Of a stretch of 64,000 nucleotides of DNA, positions 1-11,377 are shown in pieces. The notes below the pieces were generated by a model. It had not been told where the DNA came from. It ran no database searches and was given only the letters and a program-made list of their open reading frames with translations. Position 1 is the stretch's first letter. Every line of letters begins with the position of its first letter. This DNA comes from Podarcis filfolensis (lineage: Eukaryota), in the NCBI GenBank assembly GCA_964270895.1, contig OZ185437.1; one strand, 5' to 3'. Made by a program: the position numbers and the translations under genes.

Positions 1-24
1 TGCTCTTCTAATAAATAATGTTAC

Positions 25-228
25 CTGGGTAGACTGAGAAATGGCTTCGTCCAGTGCCTGAGCTCGCTTTTTGACATCTTCTTTAATTCGACTATAAAGG
101 GCATCAGCTGCTACATACTTCTCTTGGATTGAAAAACCTTCTCGCGGGCTCAGCTCCAGAAGCTGAGGTCCAGTTTTATTCATCTTATCTATATGAGGCT
201 TGTGTTCAGCAATCAACTCTCGCAGTTG
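25..228 (-). CDS. DST: DST exon ([10 protein letters not shown]...EAISQSTQ), 204 nt, phase 0-0
   Basis: tag|CAACTG acceptor, CAG|GTAACA donor; 68 codons; not in ORF track. Confidence 0.95.
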
Positions 229-1693
229 CTATAGCAAAGCAAAACACTTATCAGTATCTAACCCTTACATCGCCACATTCCAGCTGTCTGTGCGTCCAAC
301 ACGTTCAGCTGGCAAGGTGGTCTAAATAAACAATCCCAGCTGCATGCTAAGACAAAGTATAACTCATACTGGATATATCCATTTAGCCTTAGTGTTGTGT
401 TTTCAGCTCTAAGCATATAATGTTTCCTTTATACTAGAAAAACAGCATTTTAGTCAACCAAGATATTTAAAAGAACAGAATCTGGGAAGCAAAACAATAT
501 AACTAGTCAAAAGTATTCAGCCAGTTGTCCGGCACTCTAAATGATTTATTAAGTAATGGCATTCCAGAAGATGCCAAATTGTTTAAATATGATTATAAAT
601 AGCTCGCTAGTGCTCGAGTGCTGTAACAAAAGCAAGCAAATCAAACCTCCAAGGTTACGTCAAGGAATCATATTAAGATCATCCAATATTTTTGAGACTC
701 GTAGAAAATGTTGTGCATTAAAATGGAAGCAACACACTGTTGCACATTTAAAGCATAACTTAACGGAACAAACTGTTATAGTTTTAAAGTTCACTTTTAG
801 AAGGTGCTTCTGGGTACTTATTCTTTTGTTTGTCTCCAGTTTCTGTTGTATTCAGTATGCCTTCACTACTACTCAATGAAGCTTTAGCTGATTTTTCTAC
901 CCAGAACACTCTCTATAATTAATCTCCAACTTTGCTAATATGAAGACAGCCATGTTTCTCTTTATTGCTGCACTCTGCCTAATCAGGAACCTCTGTCTTT
1001 TGTTAAGGCTGGAGGCAGAACTGAGTAACTGCTGGACTTTATGTTTCCAAAATTGGGGGTCAGCCATCACCTCTTTCCCCAAAATCCTGGGTACAGACTG
1101 AGTCTGCAGCACCTAGTCCAATCCAGCATGCAATCTCTCTTAAAACTGAATCTAAATGCAGACGTAGTGGCCACAACCATTTTTGTTGTTTGTTGCTGTC
1201 CCCCGCCCCCTTTTCCCCATTCTCTGCTTTACATAACATCCTGACTAAGAGTTCTGGAGAACTCAAAAGATTGTGATACTTTGGCTGGACCAAATTAAGG
1301 TGTTTCCCAACTTTGGATTTTTGATTTTTTTTTCCTTAGGGAACACCACAGCTTGCTTTGCATTCCAGCTATTTTGGATACTGTTGTACATTCTCATTCC
1401 TTTAAAAAAAATGTAAATAATTTGTTCAGAGTTAGGCCACTAATTCACTAATCCACTTTTCACAATGATTGCTCTGCCTTGAGAATAATCTCAAACTTGT
1501 GTTTATATTAAAATAGAAAATGTTTGTTTCATAATAAAATGAATTTTGGGTTGTTGTTTTTAACAGAGAGTAAAAAATACGTAAAATCTGATAAGTATTG
1601 GTTGGTTTGGTGAATATGACATGCTAAAGAGAGGGCTGCACTTCTTTTGACCTTTGGAATTAACAGCATTTTGTAAGACAACTGCAAACTTAC

Positions 1694-1912
1694 CCGGTGC
1701 TCTTCTTGTTGTTGCTTTAGGGTTTCATATTCAAGAGCTGGTGCTGGAAGCTGTGATATTACTGTTTGTGTTTCCGTTAGCCATGGCCAAATCTCTTCAT
1801 AAGTCTCCCAGAACTGACTGGCTAGAGACTGAGCTCTTTCTAGCTGCAGGTTCCTCTTAGAGTTCATTTGACAGAGTGTATTATACTTCAGCAAGAGGTC
1901 TTCCAGCTTCTT
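1694..1912 (-). CDS. DST: DST exon ([10 protein letters not shown]...QQQEEHR), 219 nt, phase 0-0
   Basis: atag|AAGAAG acceptor, CGG|GTAAGT donor; overlaps ORF 1529..1894. Confidence 0.95.
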
Positions 1913-2219
1913 CTATTAAATAAATTACCAACAAACACCAGCATTTATATTTTGGTTGGAGACATTTACAAGATTACCATTGTGGCAGGTGACTAGTCTT
2001 GCTATATAACAGGGTGGGCAATCTTTTAGTCCTTTAGGGGGCAAGTAGGCAGGTGCTTGGGGGAGGCATATTCCCCCAAGGAGTTGTGGATTCAGCATTC
2101 CGGGTCCAATTCTATGGAACTCCCCCATGGTTGATATCAGGCAGGCCCTCTTTCCTGTTGAATTTTGAGTATATACTGAAGGCCTTTTAAAATTTCAACA
2201 GGCATTTCAAGTAAGTTTT

Positions 2220-2515
2220 AAGAACCTGCTGGATCAGGCCAATGGTCCATCTAGTCCCCCATCCTGTTCTCACAATGACCTGTGGAAAACCAGCATGCAA
2301 GATTCAAGCACAAGAGCACTTTTCCCTCCTCTGGTTTCCAGTAACTGGTATTCAGAAGCATCACTGCCTCCAACTGCGCAGAGCATAGCCATTATGGCTA
2401 ATAGCCATTGATAGCTTTATGAATTTGTCTAATCCTCTTTTAAAGCCATGTAAGTTAGAGGCCATCACTGCCTCCTGTGGGAGCAAGTTCCATAGTTAAA
2501 CCACGTGCTGCATGA
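2220..2515 (-). mobile_element. CR1 LINE 3' end fragment
   Basis: Typical CR1 3' sequence (ggatcaggccaatggtccatctagtc...gaatttgtctaatcctcttttaaagcc); degenerate, ends approximate. Confidence 0.7.
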
Positions 2516-2666
2516 TGCAGCCAACTTGAGGCAGCTTAAGCTTTCAAGGCACATTTCAGCCCCTCTTACATAATCTTAGTGGGCTCCAGCAACATGGCTT
2601 AGGAATCCCTTACGCATGCAGATTTTCAAAGTTATTGGTAAGCAAGTGCAAATCATGCTCCATTAC

Positions 2667-2774
2667 CTTCATGGTTTGTTTGTCCTCTTCCGTGCATGTC
2701 TTCATAATTTCATCCCCAGATGCAACAAGCTCTTCTATTGTATCCTTGTGTTTCAAAATCTCCATGGTAAATGC
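2667..2774 (-). CDS. DST: DST exon ([10 protein letters not shown]...DKQTMK), 108 nt, phase 0-0
   Basis: ttag|GCATTT acceptor, AAG|GTAATG donor; 36 codons; not in ORF track. Confidence 0.95.
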
Positions 2775-2919
2775 CTAATTACATAATACAATGCTCTGGT
2801 ATTAGGAATATGAGGACATAGAGCAAAAGCCTGCACTATAATGGTTTGAAAATTAAATCATGGCAGAAAAAGTAATGGCCATTAATTATTGCATTACAGA
2901 TGGAATCACATTTGTTCAC

Positions 2920-3039
2920 CTTTTGAACTTGTAGCTGAGCAATGGTCTGGTCACGTTCAAGCCTAATGTCACCCAGAGACATCAGTTTATTTTCTGTTTC
3001 CTCAACCCAGGCTAATTCAGTGTCGGCTGCTTGATCAAA
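2920..3039 (-). CDS. DST: DST exon ([11 protein letters not shown]...QLQVQK), 120 nt, phase 0-0
   Basis: ttttctttag|TTTGAT acceptor, AAG|GTGAAC donor; 40 codons. Confidence 0.95.
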
Positions 3040-4780
3040 CTAAAGAAAATACAGAAAAAATAAAAAAGCAATTAATAAAAAAATAACTCAAATTGGATAC
3101 GTAGAGGGTTTAAATGGAAAAGATATTTCAGAAAAGACATTTGATAAGATTCAGAGGTCCGGATCATAGCTCAGTGGTAAGACTGCACTGGTTACATTTA
3201 CACAGCCCCAAGTTTATGAGAACCTGTTTATATTTTGGATATCAGAACCAGTATAACCCTCAATTGCAAAGCTGCCTCTAGGCCAGTTCTAGAATGGTGG
3301 GTATTTTAAGCTGCAATGCTAAGGGAGTTGCACATAGCTAAGAATGTGTGTTGCAACACCTTCGGGAGGGGATAGAGGATGAAGCGATCAAGGTGTCAAT
3401 GGCAACAAGATAGTGCCTGTTAACTTCCCTGCTGGACCATAAGCTTTCCACAGTTTGTGCATTTAGACCTGGAAGAGGAGATGTGGCCTCTTCACTTAAG
3501 AGATATGATGGAGGATGAGAGAAATCTGGGTATTCTTAAAGGAACAGGTAAGGCAAGGCAGAATAGTGCAACATGCTTCACTGGCATTGGTCAAACACAT
3601 ACAGAGTCAGAAAGGTAAAGATTGTAAGCAGTGGGCCAAATATCCTTGAATAGCAAGTGTGATGTCTCTGTGCAAAGCTCAAAAGTATATGAAATAAACA
3701 CAGTGATCATTCACAAATTACCGGTATATGCAACGATATAATTTTCCTCCCTTTGCTGTGATAATTTAATGAAATAGGAGAAAAAAAACTTTGCCTTGAA
3801 TGAAATTGAAACAAGTAGCTTCAAGCTTGCTGATGAATTTTTGTTCAGCAGCTGCTGGCTAAAGTTTCCCTTTGAAGTTATTTTGTTGAAGAATAATGAC
3901 TTTCAGGTCAGCAGCACAGCATCCTGGAATCAGTGCTAGTAGTTAAGAGTGTGAGGCTAGGCGGCTCGTTGCTGTGATTGAATATAATGCAGCTTCTTAT
4001 AATAACCACACAGTTTGTTCTTATTTTATTAAATTCTAGGGCTCTCTGTGACACTGAGGAGTATATCAAAATCAGCTTATTTCAGAAGTGTTACAAAGAG
4101 GAAGCAGGAAATGTCAGAGCCACATTATACTTTATACTTCAACCAGAATTCTCTGTCAAAATTCTCACAAACATCAAAGGTAATATTAATACTTGCTTTT
4201 CTTTAAACATCTCTTGCTCTTGTCCATCTTTAAGATTATTTCCCTGCCTCAATAGAGAGATTATTTTTTAGTTAGGCTAGATCAATGGCATTAAAATCAA
4301 TGGGCAGCAAAATAGGAATTGCTTCTTGGTAGAAGTTGACAGTTCAGTTGTGCGAACGCAAGTCATGAGTATCTATAGCATACACATATTTCCCCCCTGA
4401 AAATCTTATCCTTTCAGAGACCACTAGTGGATTTCTTTCAAATGTCATTTTCCGAACATGCATGGGAGAAGAGAGCAAGTTTGTGCCCACTGAGCTTCCC
4501 ACCACCATGACAATACTACTGGCAGTACCCTGACTTCCACACTCTGGGGGAAGGTTCTAAAGAAGGGAGAGCCCGCTGTATGAACCTAGATTAGCACCCT
4601 GATCACAAAGGGTTCTGACAGAGGCAGAGCCTACACACAAAGCAGACTCCTCATTTCAGACCTTCCCTTTCAACATGTGGATGGCGCAGGGGAAGGGAAG
4701 CCAGGGTCTGTTATCCCACTAGGCACTGCTGTCATATGCCAATGTTCCACCCTCAACTTCGTTTCTTCCCCTGGGCTCAC

Positions 4781-4906
4781 CAGACCAGTTCTCAACTGAA
4801 CTCGAGAGCTTTGGAGAACTTTGAGAGCCTTCCCCATCCTGGTTCTTTCCAAACGCTTTAAAATACAGTTTCCATCACTGGCCATACTGACTGGGGCTGC
4901 TGCGAT
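4781..4906 (-). CDS. Candidate unannotated cassette (or alternative first) exon of DST, IAAAPVSMASDGNCILKRLERTRMGKALKVLQSSRVQLRTGL
   Basis: 126 nt, phase 0-0 in a phase-0 intron; CTCTAAC branch motif 31 nt upstream of cag acceptor; CTG|GTGAGC donor; no transcript evidence. Confidence 0.4.
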
Positions 4907-6098
4907 CTGGAGTCCAAATTATATTGAGGGCACCAAGTTAGAGAAGTCTACTGTAGAGCAATTGGTATGCTCGTGAAGCACAATACTTGAATGGTCTAGT
5001 TTAAACGGACAAATAAATATACACAACAAGTTTCAATGTGAATCATGTTCCTAAAAGAAAGCGGTAGAGAAACTGATAAGGTGGATAACTTTTATTGGAC
5101 CCACTCATGATGGTGGGAGCACATGCGACCTTGAGAGGTCATCAAAATTCTTCATTATGTCTGATGCTTTCAACATATGCTGGTTGAACAAGAAATAATC
5201 CTATTAAGCTGCTTGAGAAAGTTGATAATTTACATGTTTGTGGTGACAGAGTCACTTCCAACTGAAGGTGAAATTTAATGGATAAGCTGTCAAATCTTAT
5301 TCTTTAATTATGAATCATGACTGAAAAGCAAGTTATGTGGGCTGAGGTTTCTCCATGTTTTTCATGAGTAATTCTTTATCACACTGTTTAATCTATTTGA
5401 AACAAGCCACAAACATTTGCTGTCATCTCACATTTATAATCAGAGAAGGTACTTTTGGCCTGAACATTCTGTTTTGAAAGAGAGGCATATAAACTGAGTC
5501 ATACTAAATTAAAGGGCCAACAAATTAAAAGCTCTAAAAAAGAAAAAGAAAACCCTCGAACAAAACACTGATGTGTATATTAAGCCCATTTTAATGCTGC
5601 CCACAACTGCAAATAATGTTTATATTTCCTGCAAAACTGCATCCACTGGCTACTGTACACATCTTTACTTCAACCATTCATTTACACAAGCTGATATATG
5701 ACCTACATAGCGGTATAAATAATAAGTTACAGGGTTTGAGTTTACAATTCTTTCTGTACTGAAATTCCCACTGAGATCACTGCATGATGCCACTCGTAAT
5801 GCCTCTCAGTATGAGACTGATCTGTAATTTCTGTGTCAACTAGAAGACAGATGGCTACAACAATGACTGGATTTGCTTTGGTCTAGGACTCATGTCTGAC
5901 AACTATGACCAAGCTCTTTTCAAGTTTGGCCCCAGTTCTTGCAAAGACGTAGCATGCATGTGCCAATAATATGAACAGCAGCCTTTTCTTTTGGTACCGA
6001 TTCCCAGATATACACCTGGATGTATTCCTAGAACAGATAAATATACATATTTTTTCCCTATCATGCATAGACTGAAATGAGAATTATGGTCATTTTAC

Positions 6099-6305
6099 CT
6101 GCTGGGATCTGAAAATGGCAGCATCAATTTCTTCCACTTTCTGAGTTATAGTGTCGCTCACTAATCTGTACCGTTCGTTGTCTTCTGTGATCATTTTGTC
6201 TATCCCTTCCCTTGCTCTCCATGGCACCAGTTCAAGCAAAGCACTGCTGACTTCGTTAAGAGTGTCCAGTAAACTTTTATTATCTTTTGCTTCTTTTTTC
6301 AGTGC
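6099..6305 (-). CDS. DST: DST exon ([10 protein letters not shown]...AIFRSQQ), 207 nt, phase 0-0
   Basis: tttttag|GCACTG acceptor, CAG|GTAAAA donor; 69 codons; not in ORF track. Confidence 0.95.
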
Positions 6306-6877
6306 CTAAAAAGGAATATTTAAGGTAAACAAATTAAAAATAACACATTGGCGCAGAAACAAAATCTGCACAGCTCAAAGGTTCCACCCATGAGGCTTTT
6401 TTGGTTTTCTCCTTCTCCCATCTTCAGTTTTTTTATTTAGTTTAAGAGTACATAGTTGAAATGCTACAGCAGCAAACCAAAGCTATAAATATCACTCTTT
6501 TCAACTTGGCTACATTTGCTTTTGTTACAATCATGCTTGGGACCCCCTAACCTCTCACACTATCAATATAAATAAAGGACCTACCTACATGATGCTGACA
6601 CAAACCTCTAAACTAATAAAAGATGATAGTGCAAAAGAACAATACCCCATCTCTCTCTCTCCACCTCCCTCCCCTACTCTGAAATATGATGATGCTTCTT
6701 GCTTAGCCGGATGAAGGGTGAAGGGATGTGCATGAGGTGTGAATATATGCAAAAATGTCCCAACTTCTGTGTAGCTGTACAAAGGGAAGTGTCACGCCTG
6801 TTGCTCCACCCATCTTTGCTGCTGGAAAGTGGCCCCCGGAACGCTGTCCACAAGCAAACACAGCATTTTACGCTCAC

Positions 6878-7119
6878 CTTTTGTCTTTCTTGCGCTTGAC
6901 TTAACTCTTCACCTTTGGGGACCTGCGCTTCGTACGACTGTAATTCCACCTCAACTTTATCCAGCCAAGTGCAGAGTTTCTCATGAGCTGACTGCAGCTG
7001 ACCAGAAAGCTGTAGAGCCTGTTCTAAAGTCTTGGACACATCAGAACTCAGCTTAGTTATGTCCTTGTACCTTGTTTTAATGCCTTCCAATTTATCCTGA
7101 ATTATGACAACTTCATCAC
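6878..7119 (-). CDS. DST: DST exon ([11 protein letters not shown]...QAQERQK), 242 nt, phase 1-0
   Basis: gcag|GTGATG acceptor, AAG|GTGAGC donor; within ORF 6674..7192. Confidence 0.95.
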
Positions 7120-7356
7120 CTGCAATGCGAAAGGGGTATTTAACACACAAATCATCTAAAGCAACCAGGATGTTTTTAGTGTTTAAGTCCACAGGTGAAA
7201 ATAGAACAAATATTTCATCCTGATTAAGCTAGTTTTTCTTCTAAGCATGGAAGCTTCGCTGTGCACATGCAACTTTAGCCCACCCCATCTTATTTTAGAT
7301 TGGGCTCCACCAAAATAAATCTAGGGCAAGCCTCAGCCAATCAGGATTCTCTAGGT

Positions 7357-7477
7357 CAGGGACGAGGAACCTGTGGCCATCCAGATGTTGTTGGACTACA
7401 ACTCCCATCTTTGCATGATTATTGGTCGGCTCTGATGGGAGATGGGAGTCCAACAACATCTGGACTCCCTATCCCTG
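7357..7477. mobile_element. Palindromic hAT-type MITE (abundant lizard family)
   Basis: Self-complementary arms ccagatgttgttggact / agtccaacaacatctgg; CAGGG...CCCTG ends; related copies at 29169, 45586, 48416, 60395, 61484. Confidence 0.75.
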
Positions 7478-8487
7478 TTCTATGCACTGGCTCACGCCAA
7501 TTAAGTCATCAGTACAAGCTGGGAGCCCTAATGACTTCTGAGTGGGTGACAGGCAGTATGGTAGGCAGAGCTCACTATTCATGGCTCAGGGTGTTTCCTG
7601 CTCTGAAGTTCAGAATTGGTCTCTCTGAATATGGGAATAACGTGATAGCATTCCAGACTAAGGAGCAGATGGATGGCCTTTCCTTCTAACACCGTATGGC
7701 AACTTTATTTGACTATATCTTCAAAACAACAACCAACTATGTCTTTTCTCCAATATACATGAAATTACACAAATATTGAGATTTTGTGGTATGTACAGTA
7801 ATTAAATTTAATCCATTAAAATAAGGCAGGTAATGAATCAACTGACAGCGCTAATTACAATTAAGAACATTTTCCTCTTTGAGTGGCTATGTCCATGCAA
7901 TTGCCGTTCTACAGAGAGTAAAAGTCAGAATTGAAACTGCACTGTTCGTTATACCATATGTTTACCTTTCAGTGAACAATTCAGGTTCTAATTCTGTAAT
8001 TCATCTCCTTCTCTCCTCCCTCCCTTCTTCCCAGCCCCAAACTATGTATATCTTGGAGAGTTCATGGAGTTAGAGACTGGAAAATTTAGAAGATGTTGGT
8101 CTACAAGCCAGACATGCTGTGTGCAATTGGAATGCAACTTTCCCACAGTACTAGGTCCACTGTGGGGGAAGCAGCCTCTCTCACAGCAATAGGTAGACTA
8201 ATTACTCAGTCCATTTTTTTAAAAAAACACTCTTTTTTTAACATTTACTACAACATTCTTCTATATAGCTGTTTAAGCAGTCTATTTACTCCTTCCTTAC
8301 ATCTACTGGCTGAGATCCAAATGGACATGCATCATGATACCACACATTACAAACTGCTTTAAAATGCTGAAGTGCTACTCAAAAAATAAGGAACTATTCA
8401 AACTATAATCAAATTCTTCCAGAACCATGCATATTCAAGTTAGGGGTGAGTGATCACACTCTTGTTTTCAAGAGTTTCAACTGAATA

Positions 8488-8841
8488 GGTAAAGGTAAAG
8501 GCACCCCTGACCATTAGGTCCAGTCGTGACCGACTCTGGGGTTGCGGTGCTCATCTCGCTTTATTGGCCGAGGGAGCCGGCATACAGCTTCCGGGTCATG
8601 TGGCCAGCATGACTAAGCTGCTTCTGGCGAACCAGAGCAGCACATGGAAACGTCGTTTACCTTCCCGCCGGAGCGGTACCTATTTATCTACTTGCACTTT
8701 GATGTGCTTTCAAACTGCTAGGCTGGCAGGAGCAGGGACCGAGAAACGGGAGCTCACCCCATCGCAGGGATTCGAACCGCAGACCTTCTGATCAGCAAGT
8801 CCTAGGCTCTGTGGTTTAACCCACAGCGCCACCCGCGTCCC
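8488..8841 (-). mobile_element. Full-length Sauria SINE
   Basis: tRNA-derived head with A box TGGCGCTGTGG and B box GGTTCGAATCC; (ACCTTT)n tail; 12-bp TSD TTCAACTGAATA at 8476-8487 and 8842-8853. Confidence 0.93.
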
Positions 8842-9384
8842 TTCAACTGAATACTGTACTATAAAAAAGTCTCAAGTCGCTTTTAGTGTTAAGTTCAAAA
8901 TTTTAAGAAGCTTCTTTACCACCCTCCACTGTACTTCATTTACAAATCCCTGAACCCTAAGACTCCCCAAAATTTGGGGGTCTTGTCCCTAGCAGAACAA
9001 CATTTCGTGATGAGACCTGGAATGCGAATAAGAGAAATAATTTCCAGAGGCAAAGAAATGATCTATATGCTATTTCCATAAAGGATAAGGCCTTCCCTCT
9101 CCCCGACAGAAACGACACATGGAACTAATGGAGTAAGAGAGGAGAATGGGAAGGAGTAGAGGCCAAGTCTATTGCTCCCCACAACAATATTAAAACTGGA
9201 TCCAGTGTGTGCTCAAAATTCAAAGAGGATGAAATCTGGAAGGCTATTTCACCCAGCAGTAGAGTGAAATTCTCCAACTGTTCAAACATCTGTTAAGAAA
9301 TTCTCTTCTGAGAAATTTCCTATCAGCCCTAAATTTTCCCAATAGCTCTGCACAGTAGACAAGTAGAATATTACAGCAGGAAGG

Positions 9385-9498
9385 CTGAGGCTGAGTTAAT
9401 GGTTTGCCTAATGTCACCTAGGAAGTTCATGGCTGTGGTTAAATTTGAACTGAGGACTCCCAGCTCATGCTCTCAACCACTATGCTACACCAACTCTC
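9385..9498 (-). mobile_element. Degenerate tRNA/L2-related squamate SINE fragment
   Basis: cctaatgtcacctaggaagttcatggctgtggttaaatttgaac...ctcaaccactatgctacac resembles the reverse complement of the copy at 53365. Confidence 0.55.
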
Positions 9499-9765
9499 AT
9501 TACTGCTTTCTTTTCACATACCTGGGAGTAAGCTCTGCTGAGCTCAGTCATGCTTACCTCTGAGCGGACAGGTATAGTATTACACTGTGAAACTTTATTA
9601 GACACTGCACCCATAATTTTAAACTTATCCCATTACTTATGAACAAAAAAGGTTTTTTTAAATGAGCTTTAAAAAGGTTCCAGTAGGAGTCAATGAGCCC
9701 CCAAAAGTTTCTACTTTACTTGTCTTTGTTGTCATAAATCATTAATTTCCTCATGGCTTTCTCAC

Positions 9766-9850
9766 CTGTTGTTTGTTTGAGAAGCTCCAAACCATTTTGT
9801 ATAGCCTGATCAACATTTTGCTTTCTGAGCAGAATCTCTTCTTGGAGAGC
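9766..9850 (-). CDS. DST: DST exon ([10 protein letters not shown]...LLKQTT-G), 85 nt, phase 0-1
   Basis: ttttctag|GCTCTC acceptor, CAG|GTGAGA donor; not in ORF track. Confidence 0.95.
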
Positions 9851-10097
9851 CTAGAAAATTTCAGAATGCTTTTATCATCAGAGAAGTCATCATTTAAAAT
9901 CTATAAAGCTGAAAGTCTATAAGCAGCCACTTATTCTCTCAGAGTGAGAATTGGAGCAGGGTGCAGGGAGGATAAAGGCTTAAAAATAAATGATCAGGAT
10001 ACAGAATTAAATGACTATAACAATAAAAAAATGAGAAGTAATATGAAATAGTGCTTAAAATGGTAAAATAAAATCAACAGAAAATAAATGGAAATAC

Positions 10098-10424
10098 CAG
10101 CATTTCAGTTTGTTGTTTCACAAGCAAGTCAGTATTGTAGTCTTGGACTGCCAGTTTGCTCAGTTTCTCATGTACTTCATTCAGCCAATTCATCAATTCA
10201 ACTTCATCCTCTCCAAAAATCTGAGCATTGCAATAGGCTTGCTGTAGAAGCTGAGCCCTACTGCCACTTTTCTCTTGAATCTCAGTGTATTGGGCTTCTG
10301 AAGAATCTAGTTTCTCCTGCACCATTTCCTTGTCTTCCTTGGAGCTCAATGCCTTTAAAGCCTGACCAATATTAATAGCTTGCTGCAAATTTTTGTTGCG
10401 AGTGGCGATGTCTTCCTCCAAGGC
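10098..10424 (-). CDS. DST: DST exon (ALEEDIATRN...KQQTEML), 327 nt, phase 0-0
   Basis: tttag|GCCTTG acceptor, CTG|GTATTT donor; 109 codons. Confidence 0.95.
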
Positions 10425-10642
10425 CTAAATGAAGTTTTCAAAGTAGTAAGAAAAAGAAAAGAAAAACAAGCAAACAAAAGAAACCATAAAACCAAATATG
10501 AGAACAACCAAAAGAATATAACTTTGATGGTAAAAGAAGAATATAAACAAAGTAATAAAAAAATGTGTTGGGGAGAATACTCCACTTTTGATTTACAAAT
10601 CACAAAATAATTGCCGCAATGAAAGGCACATTAAGATCTTAC

Positions 10643-10802
10643 TTTATGTTGAGAAATCTGCTGTTGTAGTTTGGAAGCCTGTGTTCCAATGGGTTCTGAA
10701 TTTGAAAGCCTCTTTTCAGTGATGGTTAGCCACTCAACCAGTGGTTCTAAAGTTTCATGGAATTGCTGTGCTACAGCTGAGATACCTTCCAACTGACGAT
10801 TC
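10643..10802 (-). CDS. DST: DST exon ([11 protein letters not shown]...QISQHK), 160 nt, phase 2-0
   Basis: tgtag|GAATCG acceptor, AAA|GTAAGA donor. Confidence 0.95.
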
Positions 10803-11210
10803 CTACAATATGTGAAAACAAAGCACATTTTGTGGGATGAGGGATGTATGAAATACTAAAAAGTTAAAACCAGCGCTTGGAAAGAACTACTTCAGTTTAA
10901 TTATGTTCAATGAATTACTTCGAAAATCTCTGAACTACACCTAAAAGTAGTTCCCATAATTGGAAGATTATGGGAGACATCCACTTTACTACAAGAACGG
11001 GTGATTATGTGATACTGATTTCCCCATATTATTTCACTGAAATTTCTAAAAATAAAACTTGAAATATATTCAGAGCCATTTTCTCATTTAGCTTCAAATG
11101 CGAATCTGAAACTGGATGATAATGTTGCTATAGCTCCAAATTAGTTTCTAATGCTGTATCAAGGAGTACACCTTACTGTACCCCTAAGTGAATGCAAGCA
11201 TTTCAGGTAC

Positions 11211-11377
11211 CTTGTTTCTGCTTTATCAAGCAGTGCATCCCATCTGCTATCCAGGAGGCTCAGCTGTTTCAAGATCTTCTCTTTATCAGCGGGCTCTGCT
11301 GACTCTGCAATTTTCTCCCCTTCACGCTTGATTAGTTCAACAGTGGGTCTGCGGTCATCCAGCAATCTCTGGAGAAG
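11211..11377 (-). CDS. DST: DST exon ([10 protein letters not shown]...LDKAET-R), 167 nt, phase 0-2
   Basis: ctccag|CTTCTC acceptor, AAG|GTACCT donor. Confidence 0.95.

Noticed and set aside
7968-8040. Donor AAG|GTAAAC at 7968
   Set aside because: In-frame stop in the required phase and no pyrimidine tract
8564-8791. ORFs within Sauria SINEs (8564..8791, 14703..14909, 14886..15092)
   Set aside because: Chance frames in GC-rich non-coding SINE sequence
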